A stretch of 64,000 nt of DNA. Source: Gammaproteobacteria bacterium. Lineage in GTDB: Bacteria; Pseudomonadota; Gammaproteobacteria; JBCCGL01. The translations under genes and the position numbers were made by a program. Below, in pieces: positions 17,673 through 27,691 of this stretch. The stretch's first letter is position 1. Each line of letters begins with the position of its first letter. The notes under the pieces are model-generated. The model was not told the origin of the DNA, did not search any database, and saw only the letters and a list, made by a program, of their open reading frames with translations. The stretch lies in assembly GCA_965277715.1 (NCBI GenBank), contig OZ255836.1, positions 1,664,001 through 1,728,000 of the forward strand, given 5' to 3'.

Positions 17673-19067
17673 GTGGAGTATGCCGGTGCGACTGATATGT
17701 TTCAATTGACCTGTAGCAACGTGACTGACATGCTTGGTCTTATGCCGCAATCTACACAACAAACCACTCAACAGAAAGTACTCCCCAATTCGCTATGGGC
17801 CGCAACAGCCGAACCAGCGCCAGAGACGTTATCGCTCAATCGGGATATCAATGTCGATGTCGCCATTGTCGGGGCCGGATTTAGCGGCCTGCGAGCCGCG
17901 CTGGTACTGGCAGAATCAGGTCTTCAGGTGGCGGTATTCGACGCAGGGGATATTGGCTGGGGCGCATCCGGGCGCAATGGCGGGCAGGTTAACCCTATTG
18001 GGCATGAGCCACCCAGTGTCATCGCGCAGCGATGGGACAAGCAATATGGTGGCGATTACGCCCAACGCTTTACAGCACTCATCACCCAATCCGCTGATGA
18101 AGTGTTTGATGTTATCAAACACTATGCGATCCGCTGCGATGCCGAGCAAAATGGCTGGATTCGCGCCCTGCATAGCAATATCGCCAGGCCAGCATTTGAA
18201 ACCCTGTACCGGGATTGGCGCGATGCCGGTGCCGACCTACACTGGATTGAGCCTCAAACACTTGAGCAGCTAAGTGGTGCAAAAGGCTATAAAGCGGGCT
18301 GGATTGCCAGGCGTGGTGGCTCAGTGCAACCTTTATCTTATGTACGTGGCCTGGCACGCGCCGCGCAGTCAGCGGGGGCAAATATCTATACCCACATACC
18401 GATTGAACACCACAGGCGCGTATCAGGAAAGTGGCAGTTAACATCGCGACAGCGAAAAATCACTGCCGATCAGGTGTTACTGTGCACGAATGGCTACACC
18501 GATGATTTATACTCACAACTTCGCGAGAGTATTGTGCCCGTTGTCAGTATCCAGGCGGCGACGCAGGTACTCAGCGAGGCACAGTGCCAGGCCATACTGG
18601 TTAACCGACATACCTTTGCAGACACGCGCCGGGTTATTTTTTACTTTAGAAAAACCGGGGAAAATCGGCTGGTATTTGGCAGTGCGGGGATTGCCGATGA
18701 GATACCCGGTACTGCCGAAAGGCAGCGAATTTTAAATGGCTTAAATACCGTTTATCCACAGTTCCCCACGCTCAAAATAGACTATATATGGGGTGGTAAA
18801 ATCGCCGTTACACAAGATCATTTACCCCACATTCACCAACCGGCCCCCGGCATTTACGCTGGCCTGGGTTGTAATGGGCGCGGTGTTGCCCTGTCGACTG
18901 TAATGGGCAGGCTGCTCGCTGAGCTAGTACTGGGTAAAGATAAAAAAGCACTGGCGATTCCTATCACTACAATTAAAAAATACCCCTTCCATCGCTTTCA
19001 CCGCACAGGCATTAAAATCGCGGTACACTGGAAGGAATTTCAAGACAACAGAGAGGCAAATGCCTAA
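17673..19067 (+). CDS. FAD-dependent oxidoreductase, DAO/PuuB-like (start may be 17742)
   Basis: SLWAATA, GAGFSG, GASGRNGG, GCNGRGVA. Confidence 0.85.
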   Translation: MEYAGATDMFQLTCSNVTDMLGLMPQSTQQTTQQKVLPNSLWAATAEPAPETLSLNRDINVDVAIVGAGFSGLRAALVLAESGLQVAVFDAGDIGWGASGRNGGQVNPIGHEPPSVIAQRWDKQYGGDYAQRFTALITQSADEVFDVIKHYAIRCDAEQNGWIRALHSNIARPAFETLYRDWRDAGADLHWIEPQTLEQLSGAKGYKAGWIARRGGSVQPLSYVRGLARAAQSAGANIYTHIPIEHHRRVSGKWQLTSRQRKITADQVLLCTNGYTDDLYSQLRESIVPVVSIQAATQVLSEAQCQAILVNRHTFADTRRVIFYFRKTGENRLVFGSAGIADEIPGTAERQRILNGLNTVYPQFPTLKIDYIWGGKIAVTQDHLPHIHQPAPGIYAGLGCNGRGVALSTVMGRLLAELVLGKDKKALAIPITTIKKYPFHRFHRTGIKIAVHWKEFQDNREANA

Positions 19068-19530
19068 GAATACCGATATGATGAAAATATTTAGACTACA
19101 CAGCGAGATGTTAAAAGAGGAATGGCTGGATGGCTACGGCCACCTGAATGAGGCTTACTACCTGGTGCCCTTTAGCAATACCACCTGGCTATTGCAGGAT
19201 CAATTTGGCATCGGGATGGATTATTTTCATAAAACAGCGTGCGCCGTTTACACAGTAGAGACCCATATTCGCTACTTATACGATGTGCGCCAACCGGCCA
19301 TCATGGACATCCAGAGCATTATCCTCGGTTCAGATACCAAGCGGATATGGTTTGCTCACCAGATGTTGGTCGGTGATAAAGTGTGTGCTACAGGGGAGTT
19401 TATGGCGTTACACCACAACACCAGTTCAGGTAGAACGGAGAACATGCCAGAGGAGGTACAGGCACGGTTAAAAGCAGCCGAAGTGGAAGAAAAACCGCCC
19501 TGGGTTTCCCGGCAGATTGGCTTAACATAG
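19060..19530 (+). CDS. 4HBT-type thioesterase
   Basis: EWLDGYGHLNEAYY and YTVETHIRYL motifs. Confidence 0.8.
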   Translation: MPKNTDMMKIFRLHSEMLKEEWLDGYGHLNEAYYLVPFSNTTWLLQDQFGIGMDYFHKTACAVYTVETHIRYLYDVRQPAIMDIQSIILGSDTKRIWFAHQMLVGDKVCATGEFMALHHNTSSGRTENMPEEVQARLKAAEVEEKPPWVSRQIGLT

Positions 19531-19588
19531 AAACTCAATGGTACGTTATCGGTAGTACCTGGCCAGTAGCACTTGGCCGGGAATACTA

Positions 19589-19619
19589 TGATAGGGGCGT
19601 ACTGATCGCGCCCCTATCA
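19589..19619. terminator. Hairpin between the convergent thioesterase and dnaK genes
   Basis: TGATAGGGGCG...CGCCCCTATCA 11-bp stem; no clear U-tract. Confidence 0.5.
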
Positions 19620-19633
19620 GCCGCATTGCCAGC

Positions 19634-21583
19634 CTACGATTTTTTATCGTCGTCTTTTACTTCTTCAAACTCAGCGTCGACAACATCGTCAGCTTTGGCA
19701 CTGACATTGCTGTCACCGGTGCCATCGCCAGCATCCGCAGCGGGTTCCACCCCTTCAGCCTGCTGCGCATTGGCGTAAACACGCTCTGCCAATTTTGCCG
19801 ATACTTCGGTCAGGGCATCGCGTTTTTGTTGAATGGTCGCCAGGTCATCAGATGCAATGGCTTTGCGCAGATCGTCAACTTTCGCTTCGATATCCTTCTT
19901 CTCGGCTTCTTCCATCTGATCCGCGAGATCCTTCAAGGACTTTTCAGTTGCGTGAATCAGGCCATCAGCCTGGTTACGTGCCTCAATCAGCTCTTTCATC
20001 TTGCGGTCTTCGTCAGCGTGTGCCTCGGCATCTTTGACCATGCGTTCGACTTCTTCGTCTGACAGACCGCTGGATGCCTTAATCACAATCGACTGCTCTT
20101 TACCCGTGGCCTTATCTTTGGCCGATACGTTCAGAATGCCGTTGGCATCAATGTCAAAAATCACATCAATTTGCGGCATACCACGCGGTGCAGGCGGAAT
20201 ATCGGTCAGGTCGAAACGGCCCAGCGATTTATTCGTCGTGGCCATTTCGCGCTCACCCTGTAAGACGTGCACAGTAACGGCGGTCTGGTTATCGTCGGCG
20301 GTGGAGAACACTTGATTCGCCTTGGTCGGAATGGTGGTGTTCTTATCGATCAACTTGGTCATTACACCACCCAGTGTTTCGATACCGAGTGACAGCGGCG
20401 TCACATCAAGCAGTAATACGTCGGTAACAGAACCCCCAAGCACACCACCCTGAATCGCCGCGCCAATGGCGACGGCTTCATCTGGGTTAACATCGCGGCG
20501 AGGCTCTTTCCCAAAGAAGTTTTTCACCTCTTCCTGCACTTTCGGCATACGAATCTGGCCACCGACCAAAATCACATCATCGATATCACTGGCTTTCAGG
20601 CCCGCATCTTTGAGTGCGACTTTGCAGGGTTCGATAGTGCGCATAATCAAGTCTTCAACCAGTGACTCAAGCTTGGCGCGGCTCACTTTAATGTTCAGGT
20701 GTTTGGGGCCTGATGCATCGGCGGTGATATACGGCAGGTTGACTTCGGTCTGCTGGCTGGAAGACAGTTCGATTTTGGCTTTTTCGGCCGCTTCTTTAAG
20801 GCGTTGCAGCGCCAGCGGATCGCTGTGCAGGTCAATACCTGAATCTTTTTTAAATTCGCCGGTCAGGTAGTCGATTAAGCGCAGATCAAAGTCTTCACCA
20901 CCGAGAAAAGTATCACCGTTAGTCGACAGCACTTCAAACTGGTGCTCACCATCGATTTCAGCAATTTCGATAATTGATACGTCAAAGGTGCCACCACCCA
21001 GATCGTAAACGGCTACCTTGACATCCCCCCGCTGTTTATCCATACCGTATGCAAGCGCAGCGGCAGTCGGTTCATTGATGATACGCTTGACATCAAGACC
21101 GGCAATCTTGCCCGCATCTTTAGTGGCCTGGCGTTGCGAATCATTGAAGTAGGCAGGCACGGTAATCACTGCCTCAGTTACTGATTCGCCAAGGTACTCC
21201 TCCGCAGTAGATTTCATTTTCATCAGGGTGCGTGCGGAGATCTCCGGTGAAGCCATGCCCTTGCCATTGACTTCAACCCATGCATCACCGTTGCCCGCTT
21301 TGGTGATTTTATACGGCACCAGCTCAATGTCTTTTTGCACTGCAGCTTCTTCGTAGCGACGACCGATCAGGCGTTTTACCGCATAGATCGTATTCAGCGG
21401 GTTGGTAACTGCCTGACGTTTGGCAGGTTGTCCCACCAACACTTCGCCATCGTCGGCAAACGCGACGACCGAGGGGGTGGTGCGATCCCCTTCACTGTTT
21501 TCGATAACACGGGCGCCATCAGCCTCCATTACAGCAACACAGGAGTTGGTTGTGCCCAAGTCGATTCCGATAATTTTTCCCAT
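19634..21583 (-). CDS. dnaK: Chaperone DnaK
   Basis: [29 protein letters not shown]. Confidence 0.99.
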   Translation of the reverse strand: MGKIIGIDLGTTNSCVAVMEADGARVIENSEGDRTTPSVVAFADDGEVLVGQPAKRQAVTNPLNTIYAVKRLIGRRYEEAAVQKDIELVPYKITKAGNGDAWVEVNGKGMASPEISARTLMKMKSTAEEYLGESVTEAVITVPAYFNDSQRQATKDAGKIAGLDVKRIINEPTAAALAYGMDKQRGDVKVAVYDLGGGTFDVSIIEIAEIDGEHQFEVLSTNGDTFLGGEDFDLRLIDYLTGEFKKDSGIDLHSDPLALQRLKEAAEKAKIELSSSQQTEVNLPYITADASGPKHLNIKVSRAKLESLVEDLIMRTIEPCKVALKDAGLKASDIDDVILVGGQIRMPKVQEEVKNFFGKEPRRDVNPDEAVAIGAAIQGGVLGGSVTDVLLLDVTPLSLGIETLGGVMTKLIDKNTTIPTKANQVFSTADDNQTAVTVHVLQGEREMATTNKSLGRFDLTDIPPAPRGMPQIDVIFDIDANGILNVSAKDKATGKEQSIVIKASSGLSDEEVERMVKDAEAHADEDRKMKELIEARNQADGLIHATEKSLKDLADQMEEAEKKDIEAKVDDLRKAIASDDLATIQQKRDALTEVSAKLAERVYANAQQAEGVEPAADAGDGTGDSNVSAKADDVVDAEFEEVKDDDKKS

Positions 21584-21640
21584 TGGTTTCTCCACGCCGA
21601 AGCGCTTGTTGAGGTTGTACTAATTCAGTAGGCCGGTATG

Positions 21641-21666
21641 TATGGGCCTAAATAGGGATATTCAAG
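21641..21666 (-). promoter_or_regulatory. Sigma32-type promoter upstream of dnaK
   Basis: CTTGAA-14 bp-CCCATA on the minus strand. Confidence 0.7.
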
Positions 21667-21700
21667 CTAATACGCCACCAAGCCTGTTATTTATGCACGA

Positions 21701-22354
21701 TTATTTAGCCACCATGACTAGCGCAGGCCGCAGCAGACGCTGATTCAGGGTATAGCCCTTTTGCATGACAGCAACCACTGTATTGGGCTCGCTATCGGGC
21801 ACTTCCTGCATACTCATTGCCTGGTGCATATCCGGGTTAAATTTCTCACCCATAGGGTCGACTTCGACAATGCTAAATTTTTCCATAGCCTGGGTCAGTT
21901 GTTTAAGGATCAGTTCACTGCCCTCCTGCAGTTTGGACACGTCGGCATCGTCAGCCATGCCCGCACCAATAGCGCTTTCCAGGCTATCGCGCACCACCAA
22001 TAACTCGCTGGCGATTTTATCCAGCGCAAATTTATGCGCGTTTTCAATTTCACGCGCCTGGCGCTTACGCAGGTTATCCATCTCGGCCTGCATACGCGTC
22101 AGCCGATCCCAGTTTTCATCGGCGCGGGTATTGGCGATGATCAACTGCGCACGCAATTCGCCTTCGTCGTCACTATCTTCAGACTGACTGTGATCCTCTT
22201 GCTCCTCATCGGCACCCATGTCTATGCCGGGAGTATCATCCATCTGGATAATACCCTCCAACGGCTCTGCATCATTTGTTTCAACAGGCTTTGGTGCGAC
22301 ATCGTCAACGAGTGGCTCGCCACCCGATTGTTCAGCGTTTTTTTCATTGGCCAT
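21701..22354 (-). CDS. grpE: Nucleotide exchange factor GrpE
   Basis: AEMDNLRKR, FNPDMHQA, QKGYTLNQRLLRPALV; start MANEK preceded by GGAG. Confidence 0.96.
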   Translation of the reverse strand: MANEKNAEQSGGEPLVDDVAPKPVETNDAEPLEGIIQMDDTPGIDMGADEEQEDHSQSEDSDDEGELRAQLIIANTRADENWDRLTRMQAEMDNLRKRQAREIENAHKFALDKIASELLVVRDSLESAIGAGMADDADVSKLQEGSELILKQLTQAMEKFSIVEVDPMGEKFNPDMHQAMSMQEVPDSEPNTVVAVMQKGYTLNQRLLRPALVMVAK

Positions 22355-22433
22355 ATAAAAGCTCCAGCAGTGCCAGGAATTGACTATCGATAATGAATGA
22401 AGGTGGTTCCAGACAGAACCATAACGCATGAGT

Positions 22434-22461
22434 GAATGGTGATTATTTCTGGAAATTCAAG
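22434..22461 (-). promoter_or_regulatory. Possible sigma32 promoter for grpE, overlapping the hrcA 3' end
   Basis: CTTGAA-N14-CACCATTC on the minus strand. Confidence 0.45.
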
Positions 22462-23504
22462 GCGGCACTTAACAATTTTGAGGTCACATCGACAATCGGG
22501 ATAACCCGTTCGTAAGCCATACGCGTCGGCCCGACGACACCGAGCACACCCACTACATTGTCCTCGACGGTGTAAGGCGCCGTCACCAGGCTGCAATCGT
22601 CGAACACGCCATAGCCGGACTCGCGACCGATAAAAATCTGAATGCCTTCAGCGTGTACGCTGCGCTCAAGCAGGCTGTACATATCGCGCTTGCGGTTAAA
22701 TGCATCAAACAGGCCCTTGAGCTTGTCAACATCTGAAAGTTCGCTGAAGTTCATTAGGTTGGTTTGTCCCTCAACCACCAGAGCATCATCGCTGATGCGC
22801 TCATCCACATCGGCAACGGCTGCCCCAACAGCCTCGGTCATCGCCTGCATACATTGATTCATATCGTTGCGCGAGCTTTCCAGTTCCTGGCGAATGGTTT
22901 TTCGCACCGCTTCAAGAGAGCGACCAACATAGTGCTCATTGATAAAATTTGCCGCCTCGACAAGCTCCGACTGGCTGTACTCGCGCTCGACCGGGATAAT
23001 TTTATTTTGCACTTCCTTTTCATTGATCACCAGGATAGCCAATACGCGCTGGCTGGAAAGTGGCAAAAACTCGATATGCCGGAAGGTAGTCCCGGCGCGC
23101 CTGGGCACTGTCACAACACTCGCCATTTGTGTCAGATTAGATAAATTGGCGATGGCGGTTTTTACCAGTGCGTCGGGGTTGCCTTCCACTTCCAGGCTTT
23201 CGCGCAATGCCCCCAATTGCAATGTATCCAGAGATTGCACTTCCAGCATGGTGTCGACAAAAATACGGTAGCCACTGGCAGAGGGTATACGTCCCGACGA
23301 TGTGTGTGGCGACACCAATAAACCCATTTCCTCAAGGTCACCCATGACATTGCGAATCGTCGCCGCACTGAGACCAATACCGGGCAGTTTCGACAAGGTA
23401 CGTGAACCCACCGGCTGCCCATCGCGAATATAGTGCTCCACCAACAGGCGCAAAATACCGTGCGCACGATCATTGAGTGGGTATTCACTGGTTTGTAGAG
23501 ACAT
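22443..23504 (-). CDS. hrcA: Heat-inducible transcription repressor HrcA
   Basis: PVGSRTL, SAATIRNVM, PHTSSGRIP, GVVGPTRMAY. Confidence 0.97.
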   Translation of the reverse strand: MSLQTSEYPLNDRAHGILRLLVEHYIRDGQPVGSRTLSKLPGIGLSAATIRNVMGDLEEMGLLVSPHTSSGRIPSASGYRIFVDTMLEVQSLDTLQLGALRESLEVEGNPDALVKTAIANLSNLTQMASVVTVPRRAGTTFRHIEFLPLSSQRVLAILVINEKEVQNKIIPVEREYSQSELVEAANFINEHYVGRSLEAVRKTIRQELESSRNDMNQCMQAMTEAVGAAVADVDERISDDALVVEGQTNLMNFSELSDVDKLKGLFDAFNRKRDMYSLLERSVHAEGIQIFIGRESGYGVFDDCSLVTAPYTVEDNVVGVLGVVGPTRMAYERVIPIVDVTSKLLSAALNFQK

Positions 23505-23595
23505 AGCGGGTCATTCTAACCGAGAAGCTATTATTTGACACTGGGATAAAAAATAACCCGCAGTGTTTTTTATAAACAACTGAACCTGATAGGCA

Positions 23596-23673
23596 CTAAC
23601 TGACGTTAACAGCGCCATATACCAATACAGCACAAAATAAAATAGCGATAACCAACAAGGTTATAGTAGCCAT
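23596..23673 (-). CDS. Putative 25-aa hydrophobic peptide MATITLLVIAILFCAVLVYGAVNVS
   Basis: TAATG overlap with the upstream ORF; single TM-like stretch; below the ORF-track cutoff. Confidence 0.45.
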   Translation of the reverse strand: MATITLLVIAILFCAVLVYGAVNVS

Positions 23674-23903
23674 TATATTCTCCCAGGTTGTTGTATATGC
23701 CGTTCAATTTTTAGCATCACTTTAAAACAGGCAAAAAGAATAACAATAGTAACACCGCAGCCAAGCCAGAAAATATCATCTACCTGATTTTGGGTATGCA
23801 GGCTGATAAGCCCACTACAAATTAAAACGATTCTTCCCAACAATAGCGTTAAAAAACCCTTGAGATGGTTTATCCTATCTTTCAATTCTTCAGATTTTGA
23901 CAT
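23673..23903 (-). CDS. Small two-TM hypothetical protein (76 aa)
   Basis: Charged N-terminal helix and two hydrophobic segments; AT-richer than its neighbours. Confidence 0.6.
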   Translation of the reverse strand: MSKSEELKDRINHLKGFLTLLLGRIVLICSGLISLHTQNQVDDIFWLGCGVTIVILFACFKVMLKIERHIQQPGRI

Positions 23904-24041
23904 TGCTACCCGCCGTTTGCTTTAGAAGGGCCGACCACGTGTCCTAATTCAGGGTTTAGTCAATCGCAGGAAGTCAAAAAATGATACAGCTCTGCGTGTC
24001 AATTCTATACTATCAACCACTATATTGACCTGAAAAACACC

Positions 24042-25265
24042 ATGGATTCAACCCGCAATAACCCCCTAAAAAAGCCTGCCGTAAAAGTCGGTGATGTACT
24101 GATCGGCGGTGGTAACCCAATAGTCGTGCAGTCGATGACCAACACAGACACCGGAGACGTAATCCGCACCGCTGTGCAGATTGCAGAACTGGCCAAAGCC
24201 GGTTCTGAGCTGGTGCGTATTACCGTCAACGATGATGCCGCCGCCGCCGCTGTACCCCACATTAAAGACCAGCTTGAAAAAATGGCCTGCCAGGTGCCGT
24301 TGGTCGGTGATTTCCATTTCAACGGCCACCGCCTGCTGGCAAAGCACCCCGGCTGTGCCCAGGCGCTGGATAAATACCGTATAAATCCCGGCAATGTCGG
24401 CCGTGGCAAAAAACGCGATGAGCAGTTTACGACCATGATCGAGACCGCCTGTCAATACGGTAAAACTGTGCGTATCGGGGCCAACTGGGGCAGCCTGGAC
24501 CAGGCGTTGCTGGCCAAAATGCTGGATGAAAATGCCCGCCGTGAACACCCCCGCACACTCGGTGAAATCAACCGTGAGGCCGTAGTTAATTCGGCACTGG
24601 AAAGTGCCGCCCGCGCTGAAGCAATTGGCTTGGCCCGCGAGCGCATTGTAGTTTCCTGCAAAATGAGCGGGGTGCAGGATTTAATCGCGGTATACCGCGA
24701 TTTAGCGCGCCGTTGCGATTACGCGCTACACCTCGGCTTAACAGAAGCCGGCATGGGGTCTAAAGGCATTGTCGCATCGACCGCCGCACTGGCCGTGCTG
24801 CTCCAGGAAGGCATCGGTGACACCATTCGCATTTCGCTCACCCCTGAGCCGGGCGGTGACCGCAGCCGCGAGGTGATTGTGGCACAGGAAATCCTGCAAA
24901 CGATGGGATTGCGCTCATTTACGCCTATGGTCATCGCCTGCCCCGGCTGTGGCCGCACCAGTAGCACGTATTTCCAAACACTGGCGGGCGATATTCAGGC
25001 CTACCTGCGCGATAAAATGCCGGTGTGGAAAGCCCACCACCCCGGTGTGGAATCGATGACAGTTGCCGTGATGGGTTGTGTCGTCAACGGCCCAGGCGAA
25101 AGTAAGCACGCCAATATTGGCATTAGCCTGCCGGGTACGGGTGAGCGACCGGTGGCACCAGTTTACGTCGATGGGCAGAAGGGCGTTACATTAAAAGGGG
25201 ATAGTATCGCCGCTGAATTTCAACAAATTGTCGAAGAATATGTCCGCCACCACTATCCTGTTTAA
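24042..25265 (+). CDS. ispG: 4-hydroxy-3-methylbut-2-en-1-yl diphosphate synthase
   Basis: [39 protein letters not shown]. Confidence 0.98.
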   Translation: MDSTRNNPLKKPAVKVGDVLIGGGNPIVVQSMTNTDTGDVIRTAVQIAELAKAGSELVRITVNDDAAAAAVPHIKDQLEKMACQVPLVGDFHFNGHRLLAKHPGCAQALDKYRINPGNVGRGKKRDEQFTTMIETACQYGKTVRIGANWGSLDQALLAKMLDENARREHPRTLGEINREAVVNSALESAARAEAIGLARERIVVSCKMSGVQDLIAVYRDLARRCDYALHLGLTEAGMGSKGIVASTAALAVLLQEGIGDTIRISLTPEPGGDRSREVIVAQEILQTMGLRSFTPMVIACPGCGRTSSTYFQTLAGDIQAYLRDKMPVWKAHHPGVESMTVAVMGCVVNGPGESKHANIGISLPGTGERPVAPVYVDGQKGVTLKGDSIAAEFQQIVEEYVRHHYPV

Positions 25266-25290
25266 CCGATTACTGTAGAGTTAAGGCGAC

Positions 25291-26577
25291 ATGGCGATAC
25301 CGCCCTGGTTGGCTTACCCTGAGAGCCAGCCCAACCACCAAAAACGTGCGGTGATTATTGGGGCCGGGCTGGCAGGGTGCTCAGTCGCAACAGCACTGGC
25401 CAGGCGGGATTGGGATGTTACCTTAGTAGAGCGCCACCCGGCATTGTCAATGGAGGCTTCTGGCAACCCCGGTGGTGTGGTAATGCCAACGCTGTCACGC
25501 GATAACACCCCCGGCAGCCAGTTTTCCCAAGAGGCTTTTGCCTATGCATTGCAACATTTCCAACAACTCAAAGCGATTACCGGTTCGCATTTTTTTCACT
25601 CGACCGGCGTTATGCAACTCACTCAACACGCTGCCCAGCTCAAGGCGGCTATTGATCTATCTGACACAGCGCTGCCTGCGTATTTACTCACTGCGGCACA
25701 AGCCGCAACGGTCAGTGGTATCGATACCTCCCTCTCTGGCACTAACAACTCATTTGAGGATACAGTTGCACTGCACTACCCAACTGCGGGCTGGGTTAAC
25801 CCAAACACATTGTGCTCAGCCCAGATTAACGCGCAACACCCACGCATCAAGGTACTGCTCAATCGTAAAGTAGTTCAACTACGACGGAACCCATCCACAT
25901 GGTCGATCATCGATCAGCACGGTGAACTGACCGACGCACCCGTGGTGGTACTCGCTAATGGCACCACCGCCAATCAATTCCAACAAACCACCCCCATCGA
26001 ATTGGTGCCTGTTCGCGGTCAAATCAGTTATATAGCGGCGCACGCCTTCCCGACACCGATAAAAATGGTGGTGTGCAGTAGGCAAGGGTATTTGATTCCA
26101 GATAAACCGGGCACCGTGATCGTTGGTGCCAGCTATGAACGCACAACACTGCATACACAAGTCACCCAACAGGGGCACCACGACAACCTGCACCGACTGC
26201 ACACCCTTTGCCCACTCGCCCAATGCCCACTCACCAGGCATGACGAGGCGATAGTAACCGGTGGCAGGGCTGCCATCCGTGTCGGCACACCAGATCGTTT
26301 ACCACTGCTTGGAGGCATACCGGATTTCCCTGCTTACAGAGAAACCTATAATGACTTGCACCACGGGCGCGCAGCAAAAAATTACCCACTGCCCTGTTAT
26401 CACCCCGGTTTATTCATTGCGGCGGGGTTTGGTTCACACGGCATTACCCATTGCCCCTATACGGGGGAGTTGTTATCGATGTTGATTAATGGCGAGACAA
26501 ATAGCATAGACCGGGAGCGACTGGCGTTGCTCCATCCAGGTCGTTTTTTGGCCAGGAAACTGAGAAAGACTCAATAG
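25291..26577 (+). CDS. mnmC: Stand-alone FAD-dependent cmnm5s2U34 oxidoreductase (MnmC C-terminal domain only)
   Basis: PPW..., IIGAGLAG, ASGNPGG, PVRGQIS, DRLPLLG, GFGSHG, HPGRFLARKL; no methyltransferase domain. Confidence 0.8.
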   Translation: MAIPPWLAYPESQPNHQKRAVIIGAGLAGCSVATALARRDWDVTLVERHPALSMEASGNPGGVVMPTLSRDNTPGSQFSQEAFAYALQHFQQLKAITGSHFFHSTGVMQLTQHAAQLKAAIDLSDTALPAYLLTAAQAATVSGIDTSLSGTNNSFEDTVALHYPTAGWVNPNTLCSAQINAQHPRIKVLLNRKVVQLRRNPSTWSIIDQHGELTDAPVVVLANGTTANQFQQTTPIELVPVRGQISYIAAHAFPTPIKMVVCSRQGYLIPDKPGTVIVGASYERTTLHTQVTQQGHHDNLHRLHTLCPLAQCPLTRHDEAIVTGGRAAIRVGTPDRLPLLGGIPDFPAYRETYNDLHHGRAAKNYPLPCYHPGLFIAAGFGSHGITHCPYTGELLSMLINGETNSIDRERLALLHPGRFLARKLRKTQ

Positions 26578-26611
26578 GGAGGTCGCAATAGAGACGTAAT
26601 TTATCGCCTCT

Positions 26612-27460
26612 CTATTGCTTTAACAGAGAGCTGTGTACCCAACCGCGCAGCGGCTCAGCGCCCATCACATTGACCTCAACCCATTTACCCTGTGAAGAGG
26701 AAACCAACACAAGCTGACCATTGTCCAAACGACTTATCACATCGACCGATGTGCTCGGCCCGGCCCGCAGGTTGACCCCGGATCCTTTGATATACCGGCG
26801 TATATCGGCAATATCTGACTCTAGTGAGGTCAACTCTGTTTTTGCCGGTTGATACCCCTGCAATGCAGCCCGGTTAAGCCAATTAAACGCCGCTATGGGG
26901 TCCTGCTCCAGCACGTCTCCCTCAGCATATAATTCGCCGAGCCGGTGTTGTGCATGGGCTAGACCTTGCTTAGCGGCTTTCTGATACCAGTCAGCCGCTT
27001 GCTGCATATCCCTCTCAATGCCGTAACCGTTTTCATACATTGCACCCAAATTGTATTGCGCGCTGGCATCCCCTTTATCTGCCGCCATTTGATACCAGTG
27101 CACAGCATCCTGGTAGCTCTGCGCTACCCCTTCACCTTCACGGTACATATTGCCCAAATTAAACGCCGCACTGATAATCCCCTGTTCGGCAGCAACGGCA
27201 TACCACTTCACCGCTGTTTCGTCATTTTCCTCGACACCATTACCTGCGTCATACATCGCCGCAAGGTTATATTGTGCGTGAGGCTCGCCCCGCTCCGCCA
27301 GGCGCTGCAGAATTTCCAACGCATTGGTGTAATTGCCTTCATTGTAGGCATTCAGTGCCGTTTCTATCGTTTCTGCATGGGTGTAGGGTGCAAGCGACAG
27401 CCCCGCCATCAATACAACGGGAAGTGTCAATTTAATATAACAACGCAATTTCATATTCAA
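26612..27460 (-). CDS. Secreted Sel1-repeat protein with C-terminal SH3b domain
   Basis: Signal peptide, AQYNLGAMY-type repeats, VNLRAGPS...GWVHS. Confidence 0.9.
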   Translation of the reverse strand: MNMKLRCYIKLTLPVVLMAGLSLAPYTHAETIETALNAYNEGNYTNALEILQRLAERGEPHAQYNLAAMYDAGNGVEENDETAVKWYAVAAEQGIISAAFNLGNMYREGEGVAQSYQDAVHWYQMAADKGDASAQYNLGAMYENGYGIERDMQQAADWYQKAAKQGLAHAQHRLGELYAEGDVLEQDPIAAFNWLNRAALQGYQPAKTELTSLESDIADIRRYIKGSGVNLRAGPSTSVDVISRLDNGQLVLVSSSQGKWVEVNVMGAEPLRGWVHSSLLKQ

Positions 27461-27691
27461 ATCCCTCGTCAGTGAATGCTACGATTAAAGTAGCAAGCTA
27501 TTTCGATGCCAACCAATGCTTTATATCTGAGGAAAAGGTTGCCAATAGCCTTTCACAGGCCAATTGATCCCCCTAAAACACCCAGGAAAAACGCCAGTTT
27601 TAACAGAGTATAGAATAATTACACGTTTTGCAAAAATCTTTTCATTAAAAACAGGGGCATACAGTATTAAGATAATGTCAAATCTAGATTT

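Noticed and set aside
23505-23595. CIRCE operator upstream of hrcA
   Set aside because: No TTAGCACTC-N9-GAGTGCTAA seen here or before grpE/dnaK; sigma32-like promoters are seen instead.
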